From the NCBI RefSeq assembly GCF_001644705.1, contig NZ_CP015137.1, positions 1,950,001 through 1,982,000 of the forward strand: a stretch of 32,000 bases of DNA. Direction: 5' to 3'. This DNA is from Dickeya solani IPO 2222. GTDB taxonomy: Bacteria > Pseudomonadota > Gammaproteobacteria > Enterobacterales > Enterobacteriaceae. Positions 1-7,589 of this stretch are shown here, piece by piece. The stretch's first letter is position 1; every line of letters starts with the position of its first letter. Made by a program: the position numbers and the translations under genes. Below the pieces are notes generated by a model that was given only the letters and a program-made list of their open reading frames with translations, ran no database searches and was not told where the DNA came from.

Positions 1-162
1 GCCCAACACATTCGCCACCACTATAACTATTTTCGAACTATTTTCGACTCTGTAACCTAAATCACCCTTGGGGAGATCCATTCTTCCCGGCAATTTATTA
101 GAATAGCGGCCCAATAACTTTCGACCTGTCGCAAGCGATTACGACCCCAAGTGAATCAGGCT

Positions 163-786
163 ATGGCAAAACATCAAGCGACATCCGCACCCGGTCAAAT
201 CCGCATCATTGGCGGTCAGTGGCGCGGCAGAAAACTCCCCGTGCCGGACAGCCCCGGTTTGCGCCCCACCACCGACCGCGTACGCGAAACCCTGTTCAAC
301 TGGCTGGCGCCGGTGATTCAGCAATCACGCTGTCTGGACTGTTTTGCCGGCAGCGGCGCACTGGGGCTGGAAGCGCTGTCGCGTTACGCCGCCCACGCCA
401 CGCTGTTGGAAGCCGAACACAATGTGGCGCGTCAACTGACGCAGAACCTGTCGCTGCTGCGGGCCGACAACGCCGAGGTGGTGAATGCCGATACGCTGCA
501 ATGGCTGGCTAAACCGGCTTCGGCGCATCCTTACGACGTGGTGTTTCTCGACCCGCCGTTTCGCCGCGGCCTGCTAGACGACACGCTACGGTTGCTGGAA
601 ACCGGCGGCTGGCTGGCGCAGGAAACCTGGATCTATATTGAAACCGAAGCGGAAAACCGCACGCTAGCCATCCCGCCCACCTGGACGCTGCATCGGGAAA
701 AAACCGCGGGGCAGGTTTCCTACCGTCTTTATATCCGTCACGTATCTGACACGACCTCAGGGGGCAACGATGAGCATCTGGATTAA
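163..786 (+). CDS. rsmD: 16S rRNA (guanine966-N2)-methyltransferase RsmD
   Basis: The track ORF runs 151..786 from a GTG. The ATG at 163 fits the E. coli RsmD length better. Near-identical blocks include 'GQIRIIGGQWRGRKLPVPDSPGLRPTTDRVRETLFNWL', 'CLDCFAGSGALGLEALSR' and 'DPPF'. Confidence 0.92.
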   Translation: MAKHQATSAPGQIRIIGGQWRGRKLPVPDSPGLRPTTDRVRETLFNWLAPVIQQSRCLDCFAGSGALGLEALSRYAAHATLLEAEHNVARQLTQNLSLLRADNAEVVNADTLQWLAKPASAHPYDVVFLDPPFRRGLLDDTLRLLETGGWLAQETWIYIETEAENRTLAIPPTWTLHREKTAGQVSYRLYIRHVSDTTSGGNDEHLD

Positions 787-1057
787 CCTTGGCCGACTAA
801 TAATGTTGGGCATATGGGGATTTTTGGTTATGAACCTCATTCACCCCTTTCCCCGCCCACTGAATATTTTCATGATCCTAGCGATGGGATTCATGCTGCT
901 GATGCACGGCGTGCAGTTTCTGTTGCTGAAAGCCAGTCAGCCGAAAGACGCGCCGCCGCTCAGCGGGCTGCTGCAATTGCGTATCTTTCTGTTCGGGGTA
1001 TTTGAATTGCTGGACTGGCAGCGTAAGCAGCCAACACCGCCGCGTAAACGGCGTTAA
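770..1057 (+). CDS. yhhL: DUF1145 small inner-membrane protein YhhL
   Basis: 95 aa and strongly hydrophobic. The start overlaps the rsmD 3' end by 17 nt. The position after rsmD matches E. coli yhhL. Confidence 0.8.
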   Translation: MSIWINLGRLIMLGIWGFLVMNLIHPFPRPLNIFMILAMGFMLLMHGVQFLLLKASQPKDAPPLSGLLQLRIFLFGVFELLDWQRKQPTPPRKRR

Positions 1058-1083
1058 TCGGCAGACGCGCAATCAGGGAAAGC

Positions 1084-1110
1084 GGCGGCGCGATACCGCA
1101 AAGCGCCGCC
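1084..1110. terminator. GC hairpin between convergent yhhL and the DUF1820 gene
   Basis: GGCGGCGC (1084-1091) pairs with GCGCCGCC (1103-1110) around an 11-nt loop. A T-run lies 12 nt downstream on the plus strand, so this is not a textbook terminator. Confidence 0.35.
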
Positions 1111-1117
1111 AGACAGG

Positions 1118-1444
1118 TCAGTTTTTTTTACCCGGCAGGGACGGAAAATGGGTAACGTTGTCGCCCAGTTCCGAAATACGCGCGCTGTCGCGCCCGCGCC
1201 CGGTTACGGCATCGATACGAATGACCGCCTGCAGCGGGATATAGCTGCGGTCGACGCCGGCAAACTCCGTTTTCAGTTTTTCCGTAGTCGGGTCAACCAG
1301 CACGGCGGACGGGTTGTCGAAAACAAAGTCGGCGATTTCAATAAATCCGAACAGATTGCTCTGCACCAGCTCGCGCACATACAGCTGATAGTTCTTACCG
1401 TTATTCATGAACTGGATGCGGTAAAGTACGGGTTCATTGCTCAT
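1118..1444 (-). CDS. DUF1820 family protein
   Basis: 108 aa. 'PVLYRIQFMNNGKNYQLYVRELVQSNLFGFIEIADFVF...VDPTTEKLKTEFAGVDRSYIPLQAVIRID' resembles DUF1820 proteins as I recall them. A GGAG-type SD (GGAGGAGACG) lies upstream of the ATG. Confidence 0.7.
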   Translation of the reverse strand: MSNEPVLYRIQFMNNGKNYQLYVRELVQSNLFGFIEIADFVFDNPSAVLVDPTTEKLKTEFAGVDRSYIPLQAVIRIDAVTGRGRDSARISELGDNVTHFPSLPGKKN

Positions 1445-1747
1445 TTACAGGTTCGTCTCCTCCGACAGGCCGCCGGGTATCATTATTGCGTCACAAAAAC
1501 TGGCCGTTAACATAGCATGAAGCCCGGCGACCCGCAGCCCCACTGCGGGCAGGAGACACGCCGCCAGAACGGATCCGCGCCAGCCTCACTCCAGGATCCA
1601 CCTATACTTAGGCTGGCTGCGCCCGCGGGAATGATAAGCGCGGCTGAGTAGGTCAGCACGGCCGGTTAAGTCAGAAAGAAAAGACGGTGCGCTGGCTTTG
1701 GCCACATGGCGGAGCGCCACCCGATTCACCACGTTTAAGGACACTGT

Positions 1748-2377
1748 ATGCTCTGGTCTTTCATTGCCGTATTTTTTTCCGGCTGGCTGTATGTCGATGC
1801 CAGTTACCGTGGTCCGGTCTGGCAGCGCTGGCTGTTTAAACCCGTCACCCTGCTGTTGATGATGCTGATGGTCTGGCAAACGCCGATGCTCGGCATCCCC
1901 GGTTATCTGGTGGTGCTGGGGCTGGCCGCCACCCTGGTCGGCGACGCGCTGATGCAGCTCTCCGGCGATCGACTGCGGTTCGCGCTGTCGGCCTATCTGG
2001 TGTCGCACCTGCTCTACACCATCAGCTTTTTCGCCTCCCGGCCATCACTGGGGTTTTTCTGGCCGCTGCCGCTGGCGCTGCTTATTCTGTCGGCGTTGCT
2101 GCTGGCGCTGCTGTGGTCCCGGCTGGAGGCCGAGCGTCTGACGGTCACGGCGCTGGTGCTGGTGACCGCATTTATGGCGTGGGTAGCGGGGGAGCACTAC
2201 TTCGCGCTGGGCAACGAATCCAACTTCTCGCTGCTGGTGGGAACACTGTTGTTACTTGCCGGCCATGCCATCTGGCTGGTGAATCACTTCCGCGTTAACT
2301 TCCGCGCCCATCAGGCGCTGGTCGCCATCTGCTACTTTGGCGGCCATTTCCTGATAGTTCGTTCGCTTTACGTCTAG
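1748..2377 (+). CDS. yhhN: YhhN family lysoplasmalogenase (polytopic membrane protein)
   Basis: 209 aa multi-TM protein. AAGGA SD lies 6 nt upstream. The position matches E. coli yhhN. Confidence 0.85.
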   Translation: MLWSFIAVFFSGWLYVDASYRGPVWQRWLFKPVTLLLMMLMVWQTPMLGIPGYLVVLGLAATLVGDALMQLSGDRLRFALSAYLVSHLLYTISFFASRPSLGFFWPLPLALLILSALLLALLWSRLEAERLTVTALVLVTAFMAWVAGEHYFALGNESNFSLLVGTLLLLAGHAIWLVNHFRVNFRAHQALVAICYFGGHFLIVRSLYV

Positions 2378-2421
2378 CGACGACAGCCATCCGGATTGGC
2401 CGGAGGGCTCTCAGCACGGGG

Positions 2422-2667
2422 TTACGCGCCCTTGCGCAGCAGGTAACGATAAGGCAATTGCTCGGTTATCTGCGCCAGCAGCTCATGCTCCATATAACGG
2501 CAAAAACCGGGGATATCGCGGGTAGTCGCCGGATCATCGGCGATAATCAGCAGGGTTTGCCCGGCCTCCATCTGGCGCACCGTCTTGCGCACCATCATTA
2601 CCGGTTCCGGGCAGCGCAGCCCCTGAGCATCCAGGGTCCGGTCCGGATTGGCGAAAATATCGGTCAT
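2422..2667 (-). CDS. tusA: Sulfur carrier protein TusA
   Basis: 81 aa. '[22 protein letters not shown]' carries the TusA CPxP active-site motif. Confidence 0.93.
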   Translation of the reverse strand: MTDIFANPDRTLDAQGLRCPEPVMMVRKTVRQMEAGQTLLIIADDPATTRDIPGFCRYMEHELLAQITEQLPYRYLLRKGA

Positions 2668-2934
2668 TCAGCGTCTCATTACGATTGTCGAACACATTGC
2701 GGCTTAGTTTACCCTTCCCGCAAAGGGGGGCAAGCCGTGCGGTTTGGTCGGCCCCAATAAGCGTCGGAAACGCAGGCCGGCAGTGAAATGACCCAACCTT
2801 TCTGGACAACCCAACAGGCCGCGCTCTGCGTGTCAGACTGCTGTATAGACCCGCTATGCGCACCGTCCTCCGCCTTGATCGCGGTCAGTTAAGTCTGCAT
2901 CAGCGGCATGCATAATCGGGGCACCGGCTAACCA

Positions 2935-2962
2935 TTGCAAAGCCGCAACAACGCGGTATGAT
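2935..2962 (+). promoter_or_regulatory. Candidate sigma70 promoter reading toward yhhQ
   Basis: TTGCAA (2935-2940), a 16-nt spacer, then TATGAT (2957-2962). It would give a leader of about 300 nt containing the ERIC element and the preQ1 riboswitch. Sequence match only. Confidence 0.35.
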
Positions 2963-3061
2963 GCCGACACGTTAGCGTTAAAAAGACGCATATAACCCAA
3001 ATAATTCGAGCTGTGTTAGCCCTTCAAGGGCAAGGCGAATGGTGAGCCTTTTAACGCAACC

Positions 3062-3225
3062 GGATGACTCTCTGGGAGCTTACACAGTAAGTAACCGGGG
3101 TGAGTGACGACTCTGTCGGGAGCAGAGTTGAACGCAGCGTGCTGCGGCCCGGCAGGGGCGAGGCCCATGGATGGGACGAGTGTGTGGCCAATGCAGCTGC
3201 AACGTGAAGTAGACAGGTATACGAG
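3062..3225. repeat. ERIC/IRU-type intergenic repeat with an internal insertion
   Basis: 'GGGAGCTTACACAGTAAGTAACCGGGGTGAGTGA' matches the ERIC core covered by the ERIC1R/ERIC2 primer sites (GAGCTTACAT/AAGTAAGTGACTGGGGTGAGCG). The right part 'GCCAATGCAGCTGCAACGTGAAGTAGACAGGTAT' matches the consensus right half. About 75 nt of extra sequence lies between the two halves. Confidence 0.7.
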
Positions 3226-3234
3226 GCAATTTGT

Positions 3235-3268
3235 CTGGGTTCCCTAACCCCAATAACCAAAAAAAGGT
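3235..3268 (+). promoter_or_regulatory. preQ1-I riboswitch (translational; sequesters the yhhQ SD)
   Basis: 'CUGGGUUCCCUAACCCCAAUAACCAAAAAAAGG' aligns almost position for position with the T. tengcongensis preQ1-I aptamer 'CUGGGUCGCAGUAACCCCAGUUAACAAAACAAGG'. P1 is UGGG/CCCA, preceded by the ligand-pairing C. The A-rich tail ends in AGG (3265-3267), which can pair with CCU in the loop and is the only SD-like sequence before the ATG at 3275. Confidence 0.8.
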
Positions 3269-3274
3269 CACATT

Positions 3275-3946
3275 ATGTTTCAGTTTTCCGCACAACAGCG
3301 GCTGACAGCGCTGTGCTGGCTATCCCTCTTTCACATCCTGGTGATTATCTCCAGCAACTACCTGGTTCAGCTGCCGATTACGCTTTTCGGCTTTCATACC
3401 ACCTGGGGCGCGTTTACTTTCCCGTTCATCTTTCTGGCTTCCGATCTGACGGTGCGGATTTTCGGCGCCCCGCTGGCGCGTCGCATTATTCTGACGGTGA
3501 TGGTGCCGGCGCTGATCGCGTCATATCTGGTTTCCTCCCTGTTCTACAAGGGCGAATGGCAGGGATTTAGCGCGCTGAGCCAGGTGAACCCGATTGTGGC
3601 GCGTATCGCCGCCGCCAGCTTGATGGCTTATCTGCTGGGCCAGATTCTCGACGTGCAGGTCTTCAACCGCCTGCGCCGGCTCAAAGCCTGGTGGGTCGCG
3701 CCAGCCGCTTCCGCCGTGCTGGGCAACCTCAGCGATACGGTGGCGTTCTTCTTCATCGCTTTCTATCGCAGTACGGATCCGTTCATGGCCACGCACTGGA
3801 TGGAAATCGCCACGGTGGATTATTTCTTCAAGATCGCCATCAATCTGATTGTCTTCCTGCCGATGTACGGCGTACTGCTTAACATGTTGCTGCGCCGTCT
3901 GAGTCAGCCGGGAAGCAACGCGCCGTACCAGGATCAGACCGCCTGA
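3275..3946 (+). CDS. yhhQ: Queuosine precursor (preQ0/preQ1) transporter YhhQ
   Basis: 223 aa polytopic membrane protein of the COG1738/YhhQ family. Same position as E. coli yhhQ, and preceded by a preQ1 riboswitch. Confidence 0.9.
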   Translation: MFQFSAQQRLTALCWLSLFHILVIISSNYLVQLPITLFGFHTTWGAFTFPFIFLASDLTVRIFGAPLARRIILTVMVPALIASYLVSSLFYKGEWQGFSALSQVNPIVARIAAASLMAYLLGQILDVQVFNRLRRLKAWWVAPAASAVLGNLSDTVAFFFIAFYRSTDPFMATHWMEIATVDYFFKIAINLIVFLPMYGVLLNMLLRRLSQPGSNAPYQDQTA

Positions 3947-4133
3947 TACGCTGTTTTTACTCATAAACAGGGTTTCGGAATAACCGGAAAAATTGCCTTC
4001 CCCAGCCTGATTCGGGTGTAAGACAGGGACCGTGATAACAAAACGCTTGTTTTTGCGTCCCGAATCAGGTGCCATAGCGCCACTTCTGTTTTTGTTCGTG
4101 ATGTTTTTGTTCGTGATTAAAGAAAGGATACCC

Positions 4134-4697
4134 ATGCCAAATTTAGCGAAATATATCGGTATTGCTCTGCTGGCCGCCACGCTGGCCGCCTGCGATGGCA
4201 ACAGCGATAAGAAAACCAACGCACCGGCTGCCAGCCCGGCGGCGGAGAAAACCGCAGCGCAGAACGTGTCCCTGCTCTCCGGCAAACTGACCTTTACTCT
4301 GCCGGACGGCCTGAGCGATCAGAGCGGCAAACTGGGCAATCAGAACAACAACATGCACGTCTATGCGGATCAGAGCGACCAGAAAGCCATCATCGTGATT
4401 GTGGGTGATGACACGCCGCTGGATTTGCCGGCATTGGGTCAGCGTCTGGAGCAGCAGCAACGCGGACGCGATGCCAACCTTCAGGTCCTGGGCAACAAAA
4501 CCGCCGAGATCAACGGCCACCAGATTCAGCAACTGGATAGCGTCCTGACCAGCGACGGGCAGAAAGCGTTCTCGTCCATCGTGCTGGCCAAAGCGGACAA
4601 TCGACTGCTGACGCTGCAAATCACACTGCCGGCGGATAACCTGCAGCAGGCGCAGGCCGACGCCGGCAAGATCATCAGCACACTGAAACTGAACTGA
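4134..4697 (+). CDS. dcrB: Periplasmic lipoprotein DcrB
   Basis: The track ORF starts at 4032. The ATG at 4134 has an AAAGGA SD and gives 'MPNLAKYIGIALLAATLAAC' (signal peptide plus lipobox LAAC) and a DcrB-like length of 187 aa. Confidence 0.88.
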   Translation: MPNLAKYIGIALLAATLAACDGNSDKKTNAPAASPAAEKTAAQNVSLLSGKLTFTLPDGLSDQSGKLGNQNNNMHVYADQSDQKAIIVIVGDDTPLDLPALGQRLEQQQRGRDANLQVLGNKTAEINGHQIQQLDSVLTSDGQKAFSSIVLAKADNRLLTLQITLPADNLQQAQADAGKIISTLKLN

Positions 4698-4721
4698 TCC
4701 CGCCACGGGCTCCTCGCCATC

Positions 4722-4750
4722 CCGCCGCGCCGGCAACGGCTGCCGGCGGG
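4722..4750. terminator. GC hairpin between convergent dcrB and yhhS
   Basis: CGCCGGCA (4728-4735) pairs with TGCCGGCG (4741-4748) around a 5-nt loop. No clear U-run follows. Confidence 0.35.
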
Positions 4751-4757
4751 AACAGGT

Positions 4758-5981
4758 TCACACCGCTTTCGCGTCGTACCCTCCGCGCCGATACAGACGC
4801 ACAGTCAGCAACAACCCGACCAGCGCCAGCCCCGCCGCCGCCAGATAAATGGCATCGATATCGGTATAGGCCATCATGACGCCGGCCGCCGGCCCAACCA
4901 CCCCCAGAGACAAATCAAGAAAGATGGTGTAGGTCGCCAGCGCGCTGCCCTGATTCTGCGTCGACACCGCCTTGACCGCCACCACGCCCAACGCGGGGAA
5001 TACCAGCGAAAACCCGGCGCCGGCGAAAAATGCCCCCACTTCCGCCATCAGCGGGTGCGACGCCAGCCACACCAGCATCAGACCGGCGCTTTCCACGAGA
5101 AAACAGGCCAGCGCGACCCGCAGGCCACCGAAACGGTTAATGACATTCGGGAACAACAGCCGGGTGCCGACAAAGGCGCAGCTGAACAGACTCAGGGTCA
5201 GCGCCGCGCCGTCCCACTGACGGCTGGCGTAAAACAGGGTGATAAACGTCGAAATCACACCGAACCCGGCGGACGCCAGCGACAGAATCACGCCGTACAA
5301 CCAGACCTTGCCGAGTACTTCGCGAAACGGCAGCTTCTTGCCCGGCGTTACCGTCACCGCCGGGCGGGGCAGCGCCAGCAGAATTGCCGCGCCGGCCACC
5401 AGCACGATCACGAGAGCCAGCAACCGCAACCCGCCCAGATGATAAATCCACACCCCCAGCGGCGCGCCAATCGCCATCGCGCCGTAGGTCGCCACGCCGT
5501 TCCACGAAATCACCCGGCCAATATGCAGCGACCCAACCACACCGACGCCCCACAAGGTTGCGCCGGTGCCGGCGAAGCTCTGCCCGATGCCCAGAACCAG
5601 ACGGCCGACGCACAACAGCGCCAGCGCCAGCACCGGCGAGCCGTCATTCCAGGCCGCCAGCGCATAAAATACGCCGCTCAGCAACACCCCGAACAGCCCG
5701 AACACCACCACCTGCTTCGGCCCTTTTTCATCCGCGTGACGACCGGCTCGCGGGCGACTGAGTAGAGTAGAAAAATACTGCAGACTGATCACCAGACCGG
5801 CCCAGAATGCGCTGAACCCAAGGTGTTCATGCACATAGCCCGGCAACACCGCCAGCGGCAACCCGATATTCAGGTAGCTGGCAAAGTTAAACATCACTAC
5901 GGACATGATGCGCAGGTTAAGGCGTAAACCGCCGGGAGAGGGCTTCGGCGGCGTAGACACAGGCGGTGTGGAAACTGGCAT
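4758..5981 (-). CDS. yhhS: MFS transporter YhhS
   Basis: Extensive identity to E. coli YhhS ('GLRLNLRI.S.VMFNFASYL.IGLPLAVLPGYVH', 'GRVISWNG..TYGAMA'). Start chosen at 'MPVSTPP' (5981) to match the E. coli N-terminus. The track start at 6062 would add 27 unconserved residues. Confidence 0.88.
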   Translation of the reverse strand: MPVSTPPVSTPPKPSPGGLRLNLRIMSVVMFNFASYLNIGLPLAVLPGYVHEHLGFSAFWAGLVISLQYFSTLLSRPRAGRHADEKGPKQVVVFGLFGVLLSGVFYALAAWNDGSPVLALALLCVGRLVLGIGQSFAGTGATLWGVGVVGSLHIGRVISWNGVATYGAMAIGAPLGVWIYHLGGLRLLALVIVLVAGAAILLALPRPAVTVTPGKKLPFREVLGKVWLYGVILSLASAGFGVISTFITLFYASRQWDGAALTLSLFSCAFVGTRLLFPNVINRFGGLRVALACFLVESAGLMLVWLASHPLMAEVGAFFAGAGFSLVFPALGVVAVKAVSTQNQGSALATYTIFLDLSLGVVGPAAGVMMAYTDIDAIYLAAAGLALVGLLLTVRLYRRGGYDAKAV

Positions 5982-6186
5982 GAAAGAATCGGCTCGCTTA
6001 CGGGTCGCGTCGACGGGCGAACGCGGCGGACAATGTTGAGATTCTGAGTATAAACAAGACATTTGCGTCTTTCAGCACCAATTAGCGTACATCGCCATCC
6101 GACTTCAACCTCAGCGCCTTTACCCTTATATGACAAGGCCGCGCCTGCGTTATACTCAGCAGGATACGTCGCTCAGGAGAGATTGC

Positions 6187-7173
6187 ATGCCTGTGAAGCC
6201 CCACCAGCCACGCCCATCGACCGAACAGGACACGTCATCCGGCGCTTCCCGTCAGCGATTCGGGTATTTAACCGGCTGGCTGCACCGCATCAGGTCGGTG
6301 CCCGTTGTCGCCCATTTTATCCGCGCGGGCGACCGTTTTAACGACCGGATGGGCAACCAGTTCGGCGCGGCCATCACCTACTTTTCGTTTCTGTCGCTGA
6401 TTCCGATTCTGATGGTATCGTTCGCCACGGCAGGGTTTGTGCTGGCCTCCAACCCCGAACTGCTGACCGGCCTCATCAACCGTATCGTCAATAGCATCAG
6501 CGACCCGAGTCTCGCCCGCACCCTGAAGAACACCGTTAATACCGCGGTGCGGCAGCGCACCACCGTCGGGTTGACCGGTTTGCTGATCGCGCTCTATTCC
6601 GGCGTAAACTGGATAGGCAACCTGCGGGAAGCGATTCACGCCCAGTCGCGTGATGTGTGGGAACGCCAGCCGCACGAGGAAGAGAAAATCTATCTGCGCT
6701 ACCTGTGGGATTTTCTGTCGCTGATCGGGCTGTTGCTGGCGCTGGTGATTACGTTGTTTCTCACCTCGGTGGCCGGTAGCGCGCAGGCGACGATCGTCCG
6801 GGCCCTGGGTTTGGGCGGCATCGATTGGTTGCGTCCGGTGATGACGCTGATTGCGCTGTCCATCTCCATCTTCGCCAACTATCTGCTGTTTTTGTGGATA
6901 CTGTGGGTGCTGCCGCGCCATAACCCGCGGCGCGGCCCGTTGCTGCGCGGCACGCTGATGGCGGCCATCGGCTTCGAAGCGCTGAAATTCGCCATGACCG
7001 TGGCGCTGCCCGAACTGGCGACGTCGCCTTCCGGCGCCGCATTTGGTTCCGTCATCGGTCTGATGACGTTTTTCTATTTCTTTGCCCGCCTGACGCTGTT
7101 CTGCGCCGCCTGGATCGCCACCGCGGACCCGAAAACCGATATCAATACGCAGGCACCGCTGCCCGGCGCCTGA
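6187..7173 (+). CDS. yhjD: Inner membrane protein YhjD (BrkB/YihY family)
   Basis: Polytopic membrane protein. The ATG at 6187 is preceded by AGGAGA, whereas the track start at 6130 lacks an SD. Divergent from yhhS. Confidence 0.85.
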   Translation: MPVKPHQPRPSTEQDTSSGASRQRFGYLTGWLHRIRSVPVVAHFIRAGDRFNDRMGNQFGAAITYFSFLSLIPILMVSFATAGFVLASNPELLTGLINRIVNSISDPSLARTLKNTVNTAVRQRTTVGLTGLLIALYSGVNWIGNLREAIHAQSRDVWERQPHEEEKIYLRYLWDFLSLIGLLLALVITLFLTSVAGSAQATIVRALGLGGIDWLRPVMTLIALSISIFANYLLFLWILWVLPRHNPRRGPLLRGTLMAAIGFEALKFAMTVALPELATSPSGAAFGSVIGLMTFFYFFARLTLFCAAWIATADPKTDINTQAPLPGA

Positions 7174-7203
7174 AAACCCCATAGCTTATCAACAGGAGCG
7201 ACC

Positions 7204-7407
7204 ATGCCTTTCGTCAACATCCGCATCACCAAAGACGGCGCCACCGCCGAACAAAAAAAGCAGCTGATTGCCGGCGTAACCCAGTTGCTGGTGGATACAC
7301 TGGGAAAAAATCCGGCCACCACCGTGGTCATCATTGATGAAGTGGAAACCGACAACTGGGGCATTGGCGGACAGAGCGTCACCGAGCGCCGCCAGCAGGC
7401 GTTATAA
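7204..7407 (+). CDS. 4-oxalocrotonate tautomerase family enzyme
   Basis: 67 aa. 'MPFVNIRI' provides the catalytic Pro1 after Met removal, in a beta-alpha-beta sized protein. AGGAG SD upstream. Confidence 0.85.
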   Translation: MPFVNIRITKDGATAEQKKQLIAGVTQLLVDTLGKNPATTVVIIDEVETDNWGIGGQSVTERRQQAL

Positions 7408-7488
7408 CCGGAAACACAACGTATCAATAGGCAACAGTCCCCTAAGGTTCGGGATTACAACTGGTTTTCCCGATCCACATCATGAAAA

Positions 7489-7507
7489 AATAAAACATCG
7501 TTTCATC
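7489..7507. promoter_or_regulatory. KdgR operator upstream of kdgK
   Basis: AATAAAACATCGTTTCATC matches the KdgR consensus AATRAAAYRNYRTTTYATT at 18 of 19 positions. It lies about 85 nt upstream of the kdgK ATG. Confidence 0.75.
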
Positions 7508-7589
7508 ACTATTGACTCCATGCCGTGTAATGTTGAGACTGGCGCTAGTTTCCGTTTGGTTCACCTTCTCTTTTTACAGGTCAGCTGTC

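Noticed and set aside
1-81. Minus-strand ATG at 81 opening a frame that runs to the window edge (MDLPKGDLGYRVENSSKIVIVVANVLG...), possibly the start of the divergent neighbour such as ftsY
   Set aside because: Only 27 codons are visible. They do not resemble the FtsY N-terminus as I recall it, and there is no clear SD. The evidence is too thin to call.
1517-1654. 45-codon plus-strand ORF (MKPGDPQPHCGQ...) and a CCCGCAG-CCCCA-CTGCGGG hairpin (1531-1549) in the DUF1820/yhhN intergenic region
   Set aside because: The ORF has no SD and a Pro/Ala/Gly-rich composition typical of random GC-rich frames. The hairpin is real but has no U-tract and no upstream gene to terminate, so no function can be assigned.
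2534-2863. 109-aa minus-strand ORF overlapping tusA out of frame and extending into the intergenic region
   Set aside because: It overlaps the strongly conserved tusA frame, and it has no SD and no recognisable similarity.
3521-4285. 254-aa minus-strand ORF spanning the yhhQ 3' half and the dcrB 5' region
   Set aside because: It is antisense to two well-supported genes and crosses an intergenic region. It has no SD and no recognisable domain, and its composition is inconsistent.
7512-7589. 5' extensions proposed by the ORF track for kdgK (7512), and likewise yhjJ (10236), dctA (11932), bcsB (20173), yhhS (6062), yhjD (6130), dcrB (4032) and the VOC gene (26006)
   Set aside because: In each case an internal ATG with a better SD reproduces the length and N-terminus of the known orthologue, or a proper signal peptide or lipobox. 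The extensions are unconserved and some run into upstream genes or operators.
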